From assembly GCA_000004985.1 (NCBI GenBank), contig GG738878.1: a DNA stretch of 64,000 nt; one strand, written 5' to 3'. Below the pieces are notes generated by a model. That model did no database searches and was not told where the DNA came from. It saw nothing but the letters and a program-made list of their open reading frames with translations. This document shows positions 1-10,012 of this stretch, piece by piece (the stretch's first letter is position 1; each line of letters begins with the position of its first letter). The position numbers and the translations under genes are program-made. Source of the DNA: Naegleria gruberi. Its lineage: Eukaryota.

Positions 1-697
1 CCACAACTGCTGCACTGATCATAGCCTGCACTTCCATTGTAATTGTGGTTCCTGTTCTGATTGTGTTTATTGTGTTGAGTGTCAAGAAAGATAATTCGAA
101 AGAGAAACAATTGAGACAAGTGAAGAAATACATGATTATGGACACGATTAATGATCCTTCAGTGGTGGAAAAGTTTAAAGATTTTTGCAAACAAGAGAGA
201 AGTGAAGAGAATTTTGCATTATTGGAAAAGATTAACGAATATAAGAAATTGTGTGAAAGAAGTTTCGATATTCAGGTTTTCTTATTCGATACTGATGTTT
301 TGAGTAGTTCAGATCAATTTTCTGAGATGACTTCGTCGAGTAATGATGATTCTTCCAAGAAGAAGAACAAAGCAAAAAGGGATATACTGAAAAGGATTTA
401 TTGGAAATTGAAAAGAAGAAATTCGAAATTGCATTCGAAATTTATTCAGAATTTTTGGATGTTCGTGGTGATCGTTCAGTGAATATCAGTAAGGCATTTG
501 CTGATAATGTGAAACAACACTTGGATTATTTCGCAAAGGGAGAAAACGAATCCATTCCAGAAAGTTTATTCGAAAGTATTGAATACGAAATGTGTGTCTT
601 GATGATGGACACTCACCACAGATTCAAACAACACTTGGAATTGCAAATGAAAGAAAAGAAACAAATCTTGTCTTCTCTCAAGAAATCCAAAAAGTAA
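1..697 (+). pseudogene. 5'-truncated tandem paralogue of the downstream RGS-domain membrane protein gene, with a -1 frame break near 395
   Basis: nt 1-700 are ~90% identical to 2170-2874. Track ORFs 45..482 and 401..697 lie in different frames. A 1-nt deletion relative to the paralogue occurs at ~385-395 (gcaaaaaggg vs gctaaaaaggg). Copy runs off the window edge. Confidence 0.4.
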
Positions 698-1320
698 ATC
701 TCCACAATTATATTCGAAAGGGTTGTTTACATGTTATTATCACTTGATAAATTCACAGCTTTTGATATCTAAATTACAAGATTCTTGACTACAGGACTGA
801 AGATTAATTGAGTTTATTCGATTCATCTAGTAAGGAGAAAGTGTCAAGCGTTTAGATCCCTTTTGCTAAAAAGTTTATTGGCAACGAAACATTGATTCCT
901 CTCCGAAGAAAATGCTAAAACAAATACTAGTCCGCAAATACAAAATTCAACATGATTCGAATAACTTTTGTATTACTGATTGGACTAATGATTCTAAGAA
1001 ACAATGATTCTCTTGAGTAACAATCACAGCAACGGGTTTTTGATACTACTCAGTGCATCTATTATTTTTCAACACCATTTTCCTTATTAATGTTGCACTT
1101 TCTTTAAATGAGTAATCTTTCTGTTTTAATACGAAAGGTCCTACATCGAAATCTGTCAAATGTTGGAATTTGAATAACTCTATGGTTTCTCTGTATACTT
1201 TCGTGGCAAGACTCTCTTCAATTGATTTCAAAACAAACCATCAGTTGCCACAAACAACCGTTCATATGAAAGATTTCTCATAGTTTCGAAACACATCAAA
1301 ACATCAAAAAAAAACACAAC

Positions 1321-2874
1321 ATGACAGGTACAACAATCGAAATGCTAGATAGTAGTGCTACGAACATTAATACTTCCACAACTAGCTTTTCCTCCAATCA
1401 AATCAACAGAATCAACTCTCCACCTTCAGTCAACCTGACCAGTTTGACCTCTTCACAAGATTCCATGATTCCAACATCACCAACCAATAATTCCAACTCT
1501 ATGAACAGAAGAGATTCCACTCACAAATCCACAACTGGTAAAAGTTTACCATCCTCATTGAAAACACCAAGAACTTCATCTGTTACTGCTTTCCATTCGA
1601 AAAACTTTCGTATACATACATGTTGTGGCATTCTAGAGCTGAATTGCTTGAAAATGACAAGTTTGGCAGCACTTGTTGTTAGTTTATTCGCATTTACTGC
1701 CTTAATTGCAATCATTAGTTTAAACTATTCAGTAGTTGCCACCTATCACTCAAGTTTAGAAACTTTAGAAACTTCTGGAACTTATTACAGAGAATTGATG
1801 AAATTATCTGCACGTGCTGCAGTCACAGCTGATTATAACAGAACCTTGTCATTGGAATATGTCGACTTGTACAATAGTTATTTTAAAGAGTATTATGTAG
1901 TAATGAATAATTTAATTGCAAACGTTCCTCCTTCAGTGCTGTATTGGAATCAACATAACATGTTGAGAGAAAATGTCAAATCAAGAAAAGCTGTCAATAT
2001 GGAAGTTGCCATGATGTCACAAGTCACAAATGGAAATTATACAGCAGCTCTCAGATCCCTCGATTCAGATCAATACAAAGATTTGCTAACAGGTTATGAA
2101 GAAGAAGTTCAAAGTATCATTGATTATGTCGCCGACCTTAAATATTCGAATGCAGAAATGGATTTGGCAACCACAACTGTTGCCTTGATTATTATTTGCA
2201 TTTCTCTGGCAATTGTTATTCCAGTTCTGATTGTATTTGTATTATTGAGTGTTCAGAAAGATAATTCGAAAGAGAAACAATTGAGACAAGTGAAGAAATA
2301 CATGATTATGGATACGATTAATGATCCTTCTGTGGTGGAGAAGTTTAAAGATTTTTGCAAACAAGAGAGAAGTGAAGAAAATTTTGCATTGTTGGAAAAG
2401 ATTAATGAGTATAAGAAATTGTGTGAAAGAAGTTTCGATATTCAGGTTTTCTTATTCGATACTGATGTATTGAGTAGTTCAGATCAATTTTCTGAAACAA
2501 CAACATCCAGTACTGAAGACGCATCCAAGAAGAAGAACAAAGCTAAAAAGGGATATACTGAAAAAGATTTAATGGAAATTGAAAAGAAGAAATTCGAAAT
2601 TGCATTCGAAATTTATTCAGAATTCTTGGATGTTCGTGGTGATCGTTCAGTGAATATCAGCAAGGCATTTGCTGATAATGTGAAACAGCATTTGGATTAT
2701 TTCGCAAAGGGAGAAAATGAATCCATTCCAGAAAGTTTATTCGATAGTGTGGAATACGAAATGTGTGTCTTGATGATGGACACCCACCACAGATTCAAAC
2801 AATTTATGGAAGTTTCCCTCAAGGAAAAGAAACAAATTCTTTCAACATTGAAGAGAAAAACTGTAAAAAAGTAA
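1321..2874 (+). CDS. Receptor-like membrane protein: Ser/Thr-rich N-term, TM1, ~150-aa extracytoplasmic domain, TM2, cytoplasmic C-terminal RGS (regulator of G-protein signalling) domain
   Basis: Single 517-aa ORF. Two hydrophobic helices (LAALVVSLFAFTALIAIISL; ALIIICISLAIVIPVLIVFVLL). C-terminus shows the RGS signature (FCKQERSEENFALLEKINEYKK ... FEIAFEIYSEFL ... VNISKAF ... MDTHHRFKQ). Confidence 0.7.
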   Translation: MTGTTIEMLDSSATNINTSTTSFSSNQINRINSPPSVNLTSLTSSQDSMIPTSPTNNSNSMNRRDSTHKSTTGKSLPSSLKTPRTSSVTAFHSKNFRIHTCCGILELNCLKMTSLAALVVSLFAFTALIAIISLNYSVVATYHSSLETLETSGTYYRELMKLSARAAVTADYNRTLSLEYVDLYNSYFKEYYVVMNNLIANVPPSVLYWNQHNMLRENVKSRKAVNMEVAMMSQVTNGNYTAALRSLDSDQYKDLLTGYEEEVQSIIDYVADLKYSNAEMDLATTTVALIIICISLAIVIPVLIVFVLLSVQKDNSKEKQLRQVKKYMIMDTINDPSVVEKFKDFCKQERSEENFALLEKINEYKKLCERSFDIQVFLFDTDVLSSSDQFSETTTSSTEDASKKKNKAKKGYTEKDLMEIEKKKFEIAFEIYSEFLDVRGDRSVNISKAFADNVKQHLDYFAKGENESIPESLFDSVEYEMCVLMMDTHHRFKQFMEVSLKEKKQILSTLKRKTVKK

Positions 2875-4112
2875 AATTGTAAATTAGGTTTCTTTATTCG
2901 AATTATTTAGGATAGATAACAGAACTTGGGTGTTGTTCGAAAACTCCATTTTCAATGCTTTAGGATAATGGCTATATTGCTCTCAAATCATTACTGTTTC
3001 GATTGATAGTTTACTTTCCAATATACTTTAGACGAAACCATTCGGCTATTAACAATTGCAGGTTCTGCAAAACCATCCATCAAGGATTCGGCACCATTGT
3101 ATACAATACTTTACAAAACACTGTAGATCAATACAATACAATAAAAAATTGATAGAGTTCACTGGTGTGAAAAAAAATGCTTATTTTTTATTAAATTTGG
3201 CAACCAAACCGATTTGTACTTCTATTACGCTCCAACTCATCAACAAACATCAAAATGACATTTAACTGATCATATTGATGAAGTTGCCAAAAACCCTTCT
3301 CCTTGACATTTGCTTGTCAAGTGACAGAAATCATTGAATTTCATCATGAACACAAAGATATAAACTCTTACCACTTGTTTTTCATCAAATAAACATCAAG
3401 ACATCTACTAGCACCATTTTCTACCTTTTTCAAGTTACGTTGTAATTGAGACAATTTATGGTCAACACGAAATTGGATGGACATGCCAACAAAACCAAAA
3501 AACGAAACCTTTTCTTGATAGGGACAGCTGTTGGCTTCTCATAAGTCATTGTGTTAACACCTGTCAGTGAACCAAGACAATTGACATTGTTGATTCCGCT
3601 ATAAAACAATAGAAAAAAAATTTCACTGCTGCCACGCTGCCACAAGAAGGTAATTTTTATATGCAATTTGATCTTATCCATTCTTTTTATTTGTCATGTT
3701 GTTGATAATTGTTCACAACATATTGAAAATGTCACTTGTCTTTGTTGGATTCAATAATGAAAACGTACATTCCAATGATGTTAATCTCTTCTGAAAAGAA
3801 ATTACAAACAACGAACCATTTGATTATCATATTGGACATTTTAACGCTTGGTGACAGCAGCATCAGTCAATAATCAAAAACACAAAAACAATTTAAAAAA
3901 CGGAGAACTCTTCAACAACCACCACTAAACTCTCCATTCTCCGTTTATTCTCATCAATTACACAACAATTTGTCAGAAGTGTCAGAAGTCACTGGGTCAC
4001 TAAAAAATTTCTCAACAGCTAATTGATCAATTTTTTAGCTACAACAAGAACAAAGAAACAAGATAATAGTATCAAGATTGTGTTTTTAACTCTTTGATTA
4101 CTGACAGTTAAA

Positions 4113-6207
4113 ATGTCACTCTCAGAATACGTACGTCGGGAAGATTTAAAAACACTTTATGCTCTTCCTATGAAGGAAGCAAGTAAAAAATTAGGAGTGA
4201 GTGAAAGTAGTTTGAGAAATATTTGTAGAAAACACAACATTGAACGATGGCCATGTATGTAAATTACTTTACAATAATATATTTAATACTATTTAATAAT
4301 ATTTAATAATAATATTTAATAATATTTAAAAATTACAAAAAATAATTGAATCGTTCCAAGATCGTAAATTTCAACAATTAGACGCTCACATTGCCTCATT
4401 GCAAAATGTCGAAGTTTCACAACAATCTCAACAACAAAAAGAAATGATTGAAAGTTTATTAAGAGCTCGATCAATTCTCGAAGATAATCCAAACATGACA
4501 TGTGAAATGGCAATTCTACAAGCTAACAAACAGTTACTGGCCAATAATCCACAAAATGGATCTCAGGTTCAAGAAATGACAGCTCAAATGATGAACATGA
4601 TGAATCAGAATCCATCAATGGATGATGCTTCTCCAACCATTAGTGAAAATTCATCACTTCATCATTCAATGGGTGGTGGTGTTGGTAATAATAATAATAA
4701 TTTGGATAATTCTTCAAATCAAATTCAACGAAGTCCAATGCATCAGCATCATCATCATGGAACAACGTTTGTGCCAAGTTATCCAACTCATGTTACTTCA
4801 CATTTGAGTGCTAGTGCTGCATTGAGTGCAATGGCTAGACGAAAGAAACATCCACAATATGTTTCGAATAATGCAGCTTCGTCTTCTATATTAGATACTT
4901 TGGATCAACAATCTAGATCTACATCCATGTTTTCAGTTCAATCCAATCCAACAATTGAAATTCAACAACCAAATAGATTTACAGATTCTGATGTCATGAA
5001 TCCACAACATCATGCCTATTTGCATCATCAGACAATTCTCAATTCTCATAATCCACATATGAGAAGTGTTTCCTCTGATAATATTTTCCCATCAGCATCG
5101 AATGGAATGATTGGTGTTGGTAATATGCAAGGTAATTCTTCAATGGAAATGATAACAAATATGGGTGAGAGAAGAGGAGCTGTTTCACATAGAGATTCAT
5201 TGGCTTTTGGACAGGGATTTGTGTTGGTCAATCAGGGAAGTGGTGGTTCAGTGATGGACGAATCGAATGAGTCCTCCACCACAGCAAGTGAACAACAATC
5301 AGTTTATTATAATGGTGAACTATCTCCACAACAGCAATACTCTCAACAACAACACAATAATGGAATGATGTTTAATGAGTATCAATTATTGGATCCAAAT
5401 GTGAAATCACGACACATTTCTCTATTGAAACAACAGAGAAGACCACCTCCACAACCACCACGTTCACTCTCCACTTCAACTGCACTCTCACCAATGCCCA
5501 ATTTAAATTCCTCTCCTCAACTGCAGCCACAATATCAATCACCAAATGCCTCCAATAATAGAAGTAGCAATTCCATGATGCAAGATCTTCAAATTAATAA
5601 TAGAAAATTCACATCGACAACGACACCACCTTCCTCCTCACACAATTCATCACTGAGAAGTAGTTCAGCATCTCACACAGATTTTGATTCACCTTTTATA
5701 GATATTATGCAATCAGATCAGGAGGGAGATATTTCAATGGGTGATAATTTCCTTTCTTCACCTTCAATTCTAATTAATAATAGATTATCTGATGATCAAA
5801 ATTCAACTCATCCTTTCCAAAGAACAAGTCAATCTTCACTAACGAGTCAAGTTTCATTGAATAGATATTTACTAGATTCACCTAATCATCACGATTTTGA
5901 TTTTGTTTCAAAACAAGAACAACGTGAGAATAATCATAGAATCTTGGAAGCTTTGAGAATAACACCAACTACACCATCAAATAATTCTGTTGGTAGTAGT
6001 GTTAATAATCTGTATGATCCTCTATTTGATAGTAATGCCTTCTTAAGAGGAAGAACAAGTTCAGTTTCGTCTACTTTCTCAGATGGTATGTCAACTCCAA
6101 TGACTCCAACAGGAGAAGGTGGAAGATTGTCAAATGCATCAAATTTAAGTTTAAGACTTTCACACGGCATGAATTCTGATTTTAATTTTTCCAATAACAA
6201 TTATTAA
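4113..6207 (+). CDS. RWP-RK domain transcription factor with a long Q/N/S-rich low-complexity C-terminal region (2 exons: 4113..4254, 4361..6207)
   Basis: Exon 1 encodes MSLSEYVRREDLKTLYALPMKEASKKLGVSESSLRNICRKHNIERWP. GTATGT donor at 4255 and acceptor ...ccaag at 4360. Splicing restores RWP-Y-RK in frame with track ORF 4399..6207. Confidence 0.8.
4262..4330. repeat. AT microsatellite (aatatttaataat)n inside the RWP-RK gene intron
   Basis: Direct reading: atttaatactatttaataatatttaataataatatttaataatatttaaa. Confidence 0.6.
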
Positions 6208-6343
6208 GAGTTTTTAATTTTGCTAATTTGTGCGGTTTGATTAATATTTGAGTTATTTTAATATTATTGTAATTTTACACACACAACAATAAAGTTTTAC
6301 AAATGTACAATTTATTTAAAAATCCACAACTTTGAATTGTGTA

Positions 6344-7566
6344 TTAAACTTCAGTCTTGAGGTGAACAATTTCAGGACCAACTTCATCATATTGTTCCCT
6401 TGTAACACACAAATCAAAGAATGAAGACAAGGTAGCTCTAATACTGCCACCAATCCATGCCAATTGATCTCTCCTATCTCCTGCAACAATACGAATATCC
6501 ATTGAAGATGGTGCCTTCTCTGTCATTTCCTTTGTTAATCTCTCTTCAATACCTTCAAATTTTGTTGAACCACCAGCAAGAACTGAATTACGATACAATG
6601 TCTTACGAACGTCGATTGGTGAACGACTAATTGATTCAAACAAGAGTTCATGTATACCAGATGATTCCATACCAATAAGTTGAGGATAGAAGAGAACTTC
6701 TGGTGCACGGAATCTTTCAGAATTGATTGTAATTGCTGTACCATCAGGTAAGTTGTAAACTTGATCCAAAGATGAACTTTCCTCTGCTTTTTCCATTTCT
6801 TCATCATAATCCAATGGAATGTAACAGTGTTTTTCTTTCATTTGTCTAATAATTTCATGTTCGGCTGTTGTGTGGAAATTGTGGTCCTTTTCACTTAACA
6901 TTTTCATTAAATATTCTGTCACATCTCTTCCAGCAATATTCAATCGGAGTACAGCATGAAGCATGACTGTATTTTAATGAAAATCCAAGAAATTATAATC
7001 GAAACAATTATTCGAAACACAAAATCTATCAAAGGACATTATACAAATAAAAACATACCAAGACCATCATACATTGGAACACAATGAGCTGCACCATCAC
7101 CAACATCCAAACAAACACCTGTCAATCTACCAGAAGCCATCAATGACAATGCTCCTTGAATACCCAAATAAAAAGCAGGAACTTCAAACTTTTCCATTAA
7201 AATTTCACAAACTTTCTCACGTTGTACTTTTGGTGTGAAAGGAGCATCTGTTAATAAAAGTGGTTGTTCCTCAGGTGCTAATTTTAATTCATTGTAATAG
7301 GTGTGAGCAATAACAGATTCCCAGTGATCATAATTTTCAATTGTTCCGTGTACCATTGGATAGTCTAATTGCAAAACACCTCTCTTGGATTGAGCAGAAT
7401 GTCCAACATAATGTTCTCGGTTGACTGTACCAACAAGTACTGAAGTATCTTTTGCTTTACCAATCATATTGGAAAATACGGCACTTGGTGATTGATAACC
7501 AGCAACACCAGCTTTGATGAAGCCAGATCCATTATCGATAACTACTGTTGGAAGTTGTGATGCCAT
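6344..7566 (-). CDS. Actin-related protein (Arp1/centractin-like or divergent actin); 2 exons (7566..7059, 6966..6344), 92-nt intron
   Basis: Actin-fold motifs VVIDNGSGFIKAG, LTDAPFTPK, GVCLDVGDGAAHCVPMYDGL | VMLHAVLRLNIAGRD, GGSTKFEGI, WIGGSI. Intron GTATGT...ACAG at 7058..6967 joins track ORFs 7039..7623 and 6344..6964. Spliced length 377 codons. Confidence 0.75.
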
Positions 7567-7756
7567 TTTTTTTGATGGAAACTTTTGACAGGTGTTATTA
7601 TTTAGATGATGAGTGAAATCCATAAATATTAAAACAATGAAGAAATAAAATTGAAAAGATTTTGAGAAAATAAAATCTTAATCAATTCTTCCAATACACA
7701 ATAGTTAAATTAATTATTCAAATAAATTTTAAATTTGAATAATTTATAATAATAAT

Positions 7757-8498
7757 TTAAATATTTACAAATTTAGTATTTCCATGTTCTGTTACAATCT
7801 TAATCAAAGATCCAGATACAGGTTTTTCTCTACATTCAATCCAATCCACAATCTTTTCAGAAACATGATCCAAAGGAGTCCAATTTGAAAAATCAGCATT
7901 TGGCATTGCATTTCTATTAGCTTCAGTATCCAACATTGAAGGAACAATTCCAACAGTTGTTGTTCCTCTAGGAAGTCCACATTGTTCAGGATCTGCAAAG
8001 CTCTTCACCAAATGATGAACAGAACTCTTAGCCACACCATAAGCCAATGTCACTGGAGTTTTCCCTAAAGCTCCTGCAGCTCCAGGCAAAACCAACAAAC
8101 CATCCTCTCTCATATATTTACTAGCACACAACGCACTCAACAAGGACGATTGAACACTCACTTGCCACATCAAATCAACTTGTGAGAGGAGAGTTGGTTC
8201 CTTCAAATCTCCCATCATGAAACCACCTGCAACATTAATCACAGCCTCCAAATTATTATTATTAGCTGGATTTAGAGAGGAGAGAATTCAAGGCTTTCTC
8301 AATGGTTTGTTGACTCAATTCACCCGAATGATTATTTGCGTTTGATGATGATGCTGAAGGTAATACAATGGAATGATCAGCTTCGGAATTTTCCTTCAAA
8401 TCAATGGAAATGGCAATGAAATTCTTCTTTTTTAAAGAACGGATGAGATTTTTTCCGAGAGCACCAAAGCCACCAAAGACTGCTACGTGTTTAGACAT
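7757..8498 (-). CDS. QDPR: Dihydropteridine reductase (QDPR-type short-chain dehydrogenase) with an apparent +1 frame break at 8252-8264
   Basis: N-term VAVFGGFGALG Rossmann motif. Downstream ORF aligns with QDPR (DLMWQVSVQSS, AGALGKTPVTLAYGVAKSSVHHL, DFSNWTPL, SGSLIKIVTEHG). The two track ORFs (8498..8262 and 8251..7757) are separated by 10 nt in a (taa)4 run and differ by a +1 frame shift. Confidence 0.75.
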
Positions 8499-8598
8499 TT
8501 TTTTTTAATAATATTTAAACTATTTAAATAATATTTAATATATTTAAAAAAAATTGTAAAGTGTATTAAACAACAAAAATATCCAACACCAAAAAAAA
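8499..8598. promoter_or_regulatory. 100-bp divergent intergenic/promoter region between QDPR-like (-) and FkbM-type methyltransferase (+) genes; carries palindromic TTAAATA(A)TATTTAA-like elements
   Basis: Sequence ttttttttaataatatttaaactatttaaataatatttaatatatttaaaaaaaattg lies between two divergently oriented start codons. Confidence 0.4.
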
Positions 8599-10002
8599 AT
8601 GAATCAAGAGTTGGGAGCAGGTCAACAAATCGTCGTTGCCTCTAACAGTAGTAGCACAGTGGTTCATAATGATTCTTCATTGTCGTCATCTTTGATCAGA
8701 ATAAATAATTCCGATGATGATGAACTCGCACCAATCATGACTAACTTTAACCGATCCAATACAACAGCAACAGTTTCATCTAATATAATTTCCCGATCGC
8801 CACCATCAAAGGATGAGGAGATGGCTACTAGTGGTGGTGGTAGTAATTTAAATCAACAACTCCCATTAATATTAAATCATGAAAGTGATATTTTGGGAGA
8901 AAAATCGGTGAAGGCTTTTTCTGGTGTTTGGATGAGAAGGCTTGGAAGTATCTTTTCTTTCATTCCGAGAATATTTAGAAATTTATTGAGAATGTGTGGA
9001 ATTAAAGCGAAATATTTAACATTTTTGGACAAGTTGCCTTCAAGGAATTTGATTATTTCTGTATTGGCAGTTATTGGATTGATATTTATGATTTTAATTG
9101 CTGTACAATCTAACAAACCAAAGGGTTTGATTCCATTGGTTAGAGATGATAATAGACTTGTTGGGTATATTGTAAAAACAAATACCAATCCATCCTTTTA
9201 TATGAGAGTGTTGAATCCTGCTAGAGATACTGGATTTTCAAAGCACATGGTTAGATATGGCAATTGGGAATCAGCAACTGAAGAACTATTCAAAATGTTA
9301 ATTGAGAAATTCCAAAGAGATTCAAAAATAACTGGAAAGAAGTGTCTCATTGTTGATGTTGGTTCTCATTTGGGATTTTATTCAATTTATCCTGCACTGT
9401 TGGGTTGTAAAGTTATCTCGTATGAAATTCAACCAAAAATGGTGGAAGTGATTAAGAGTTCTGCATCTCTAAATGATGTTGACAAATTGGTTTCAGTTAA
9501 AAACTTGGCTGTTTTCAGAGATGCCAGAAAATATATTCAATACTCAACCAAGTACAATGCTGATCTTACAAATGTTGTTACTGCAGATGAGGAAACTGAA
9601 AGTAAGACTCCAGGATCTGTTGAAACCATATCACTCGATGAGGACTACTTCTCGGCAGATATTCATATCAATTTGCTAAAGGTTGATATTTCTAAAAAGT
9701 CAGATGATGTCTTTGCTGGTGGTTTGAGAACACTCTCCTTTATGATTGATCACATTATTACTGAATTGACAGCAGACGATGCTGTGCCCATTCGTTACAT
9801 TTTGAATGCATACTATGATAAGGTTGTTGTTTTAGAAGATAGCTCAGGAATTTCAGGACTCTTTTTCAAATCATCCACACCAAAAATCTTTAGAGGAAGC
9901 GAAGTTTCAGTTGAAGCAATCACTGCATACTTGGCCAAGACTGGTAAGAGAAATGTTTGGTTCTCCAGAAAGAAGAACACAATCCCATACTATGGTAAAT
10001 AA
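8599..10002 (+). CDS. Type-II membrane protein with FkbM-family SAM-dependent methyltransferase domain
   Basis: 467-aa ORF. Single TM (LIISVLAVIGLIFMILIAV). Motif CLIVDVGSHLGFYSIYPALLGCKVISYEIQP typical of Methyltransf_21/FkbM. Confidence 0.55.
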   Translation: MNQELGAGQQIVVASNSSSTVVHNDSSLSSSLIRINNSDDDELAPIMTNFNRSNTTATVSSNIISRSPPSKDEEMATSGGGSNLNQQLPLILNHESDILGEKSVKAFSGVWMRRLGSIFSFIPRIFRNLLRMCGIKAKYLTFLDKLPSRNLIISVLAVIGLIFMILIAVQSNKPKGLIPLVRDDNRLVGYIVKTNTNPSFYMRVLNPARDTGFSKHMVRYGNWESATEELFKMLIEKFQRDSKITGKKCLIVDVGSHLGFYSIYPALLGCKVISYEIQPKMVEVIKSSASLNDVDKLVSVKNLAVFRDARKYIQYSTKYNADLTNVVTADEETESKTPGSVETISLDEDYFSADIHINLLKVDISKKSDDVFAGGLRTLSFMIDHIITELTADDAVPIRYILNAYYDKVVVLEDSSGISGLFFKSSTPKIFRGSEVSVEAITAYLAKTGKRNVWFSRKKNTIPYYGK

Positions 10003-10012
10003 TATTACAAGA

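Noticed and set aside
3000-4100. Small ORFs in the 1.2-kb gap between the RGS and RWP-RK genes (3056..3265 +, 3430..3681 -) and 1046..1231 -
   Set aside because: No domain resemblance, no splice or start context, and AT-rich UTR-like composition. Likely non-coding.
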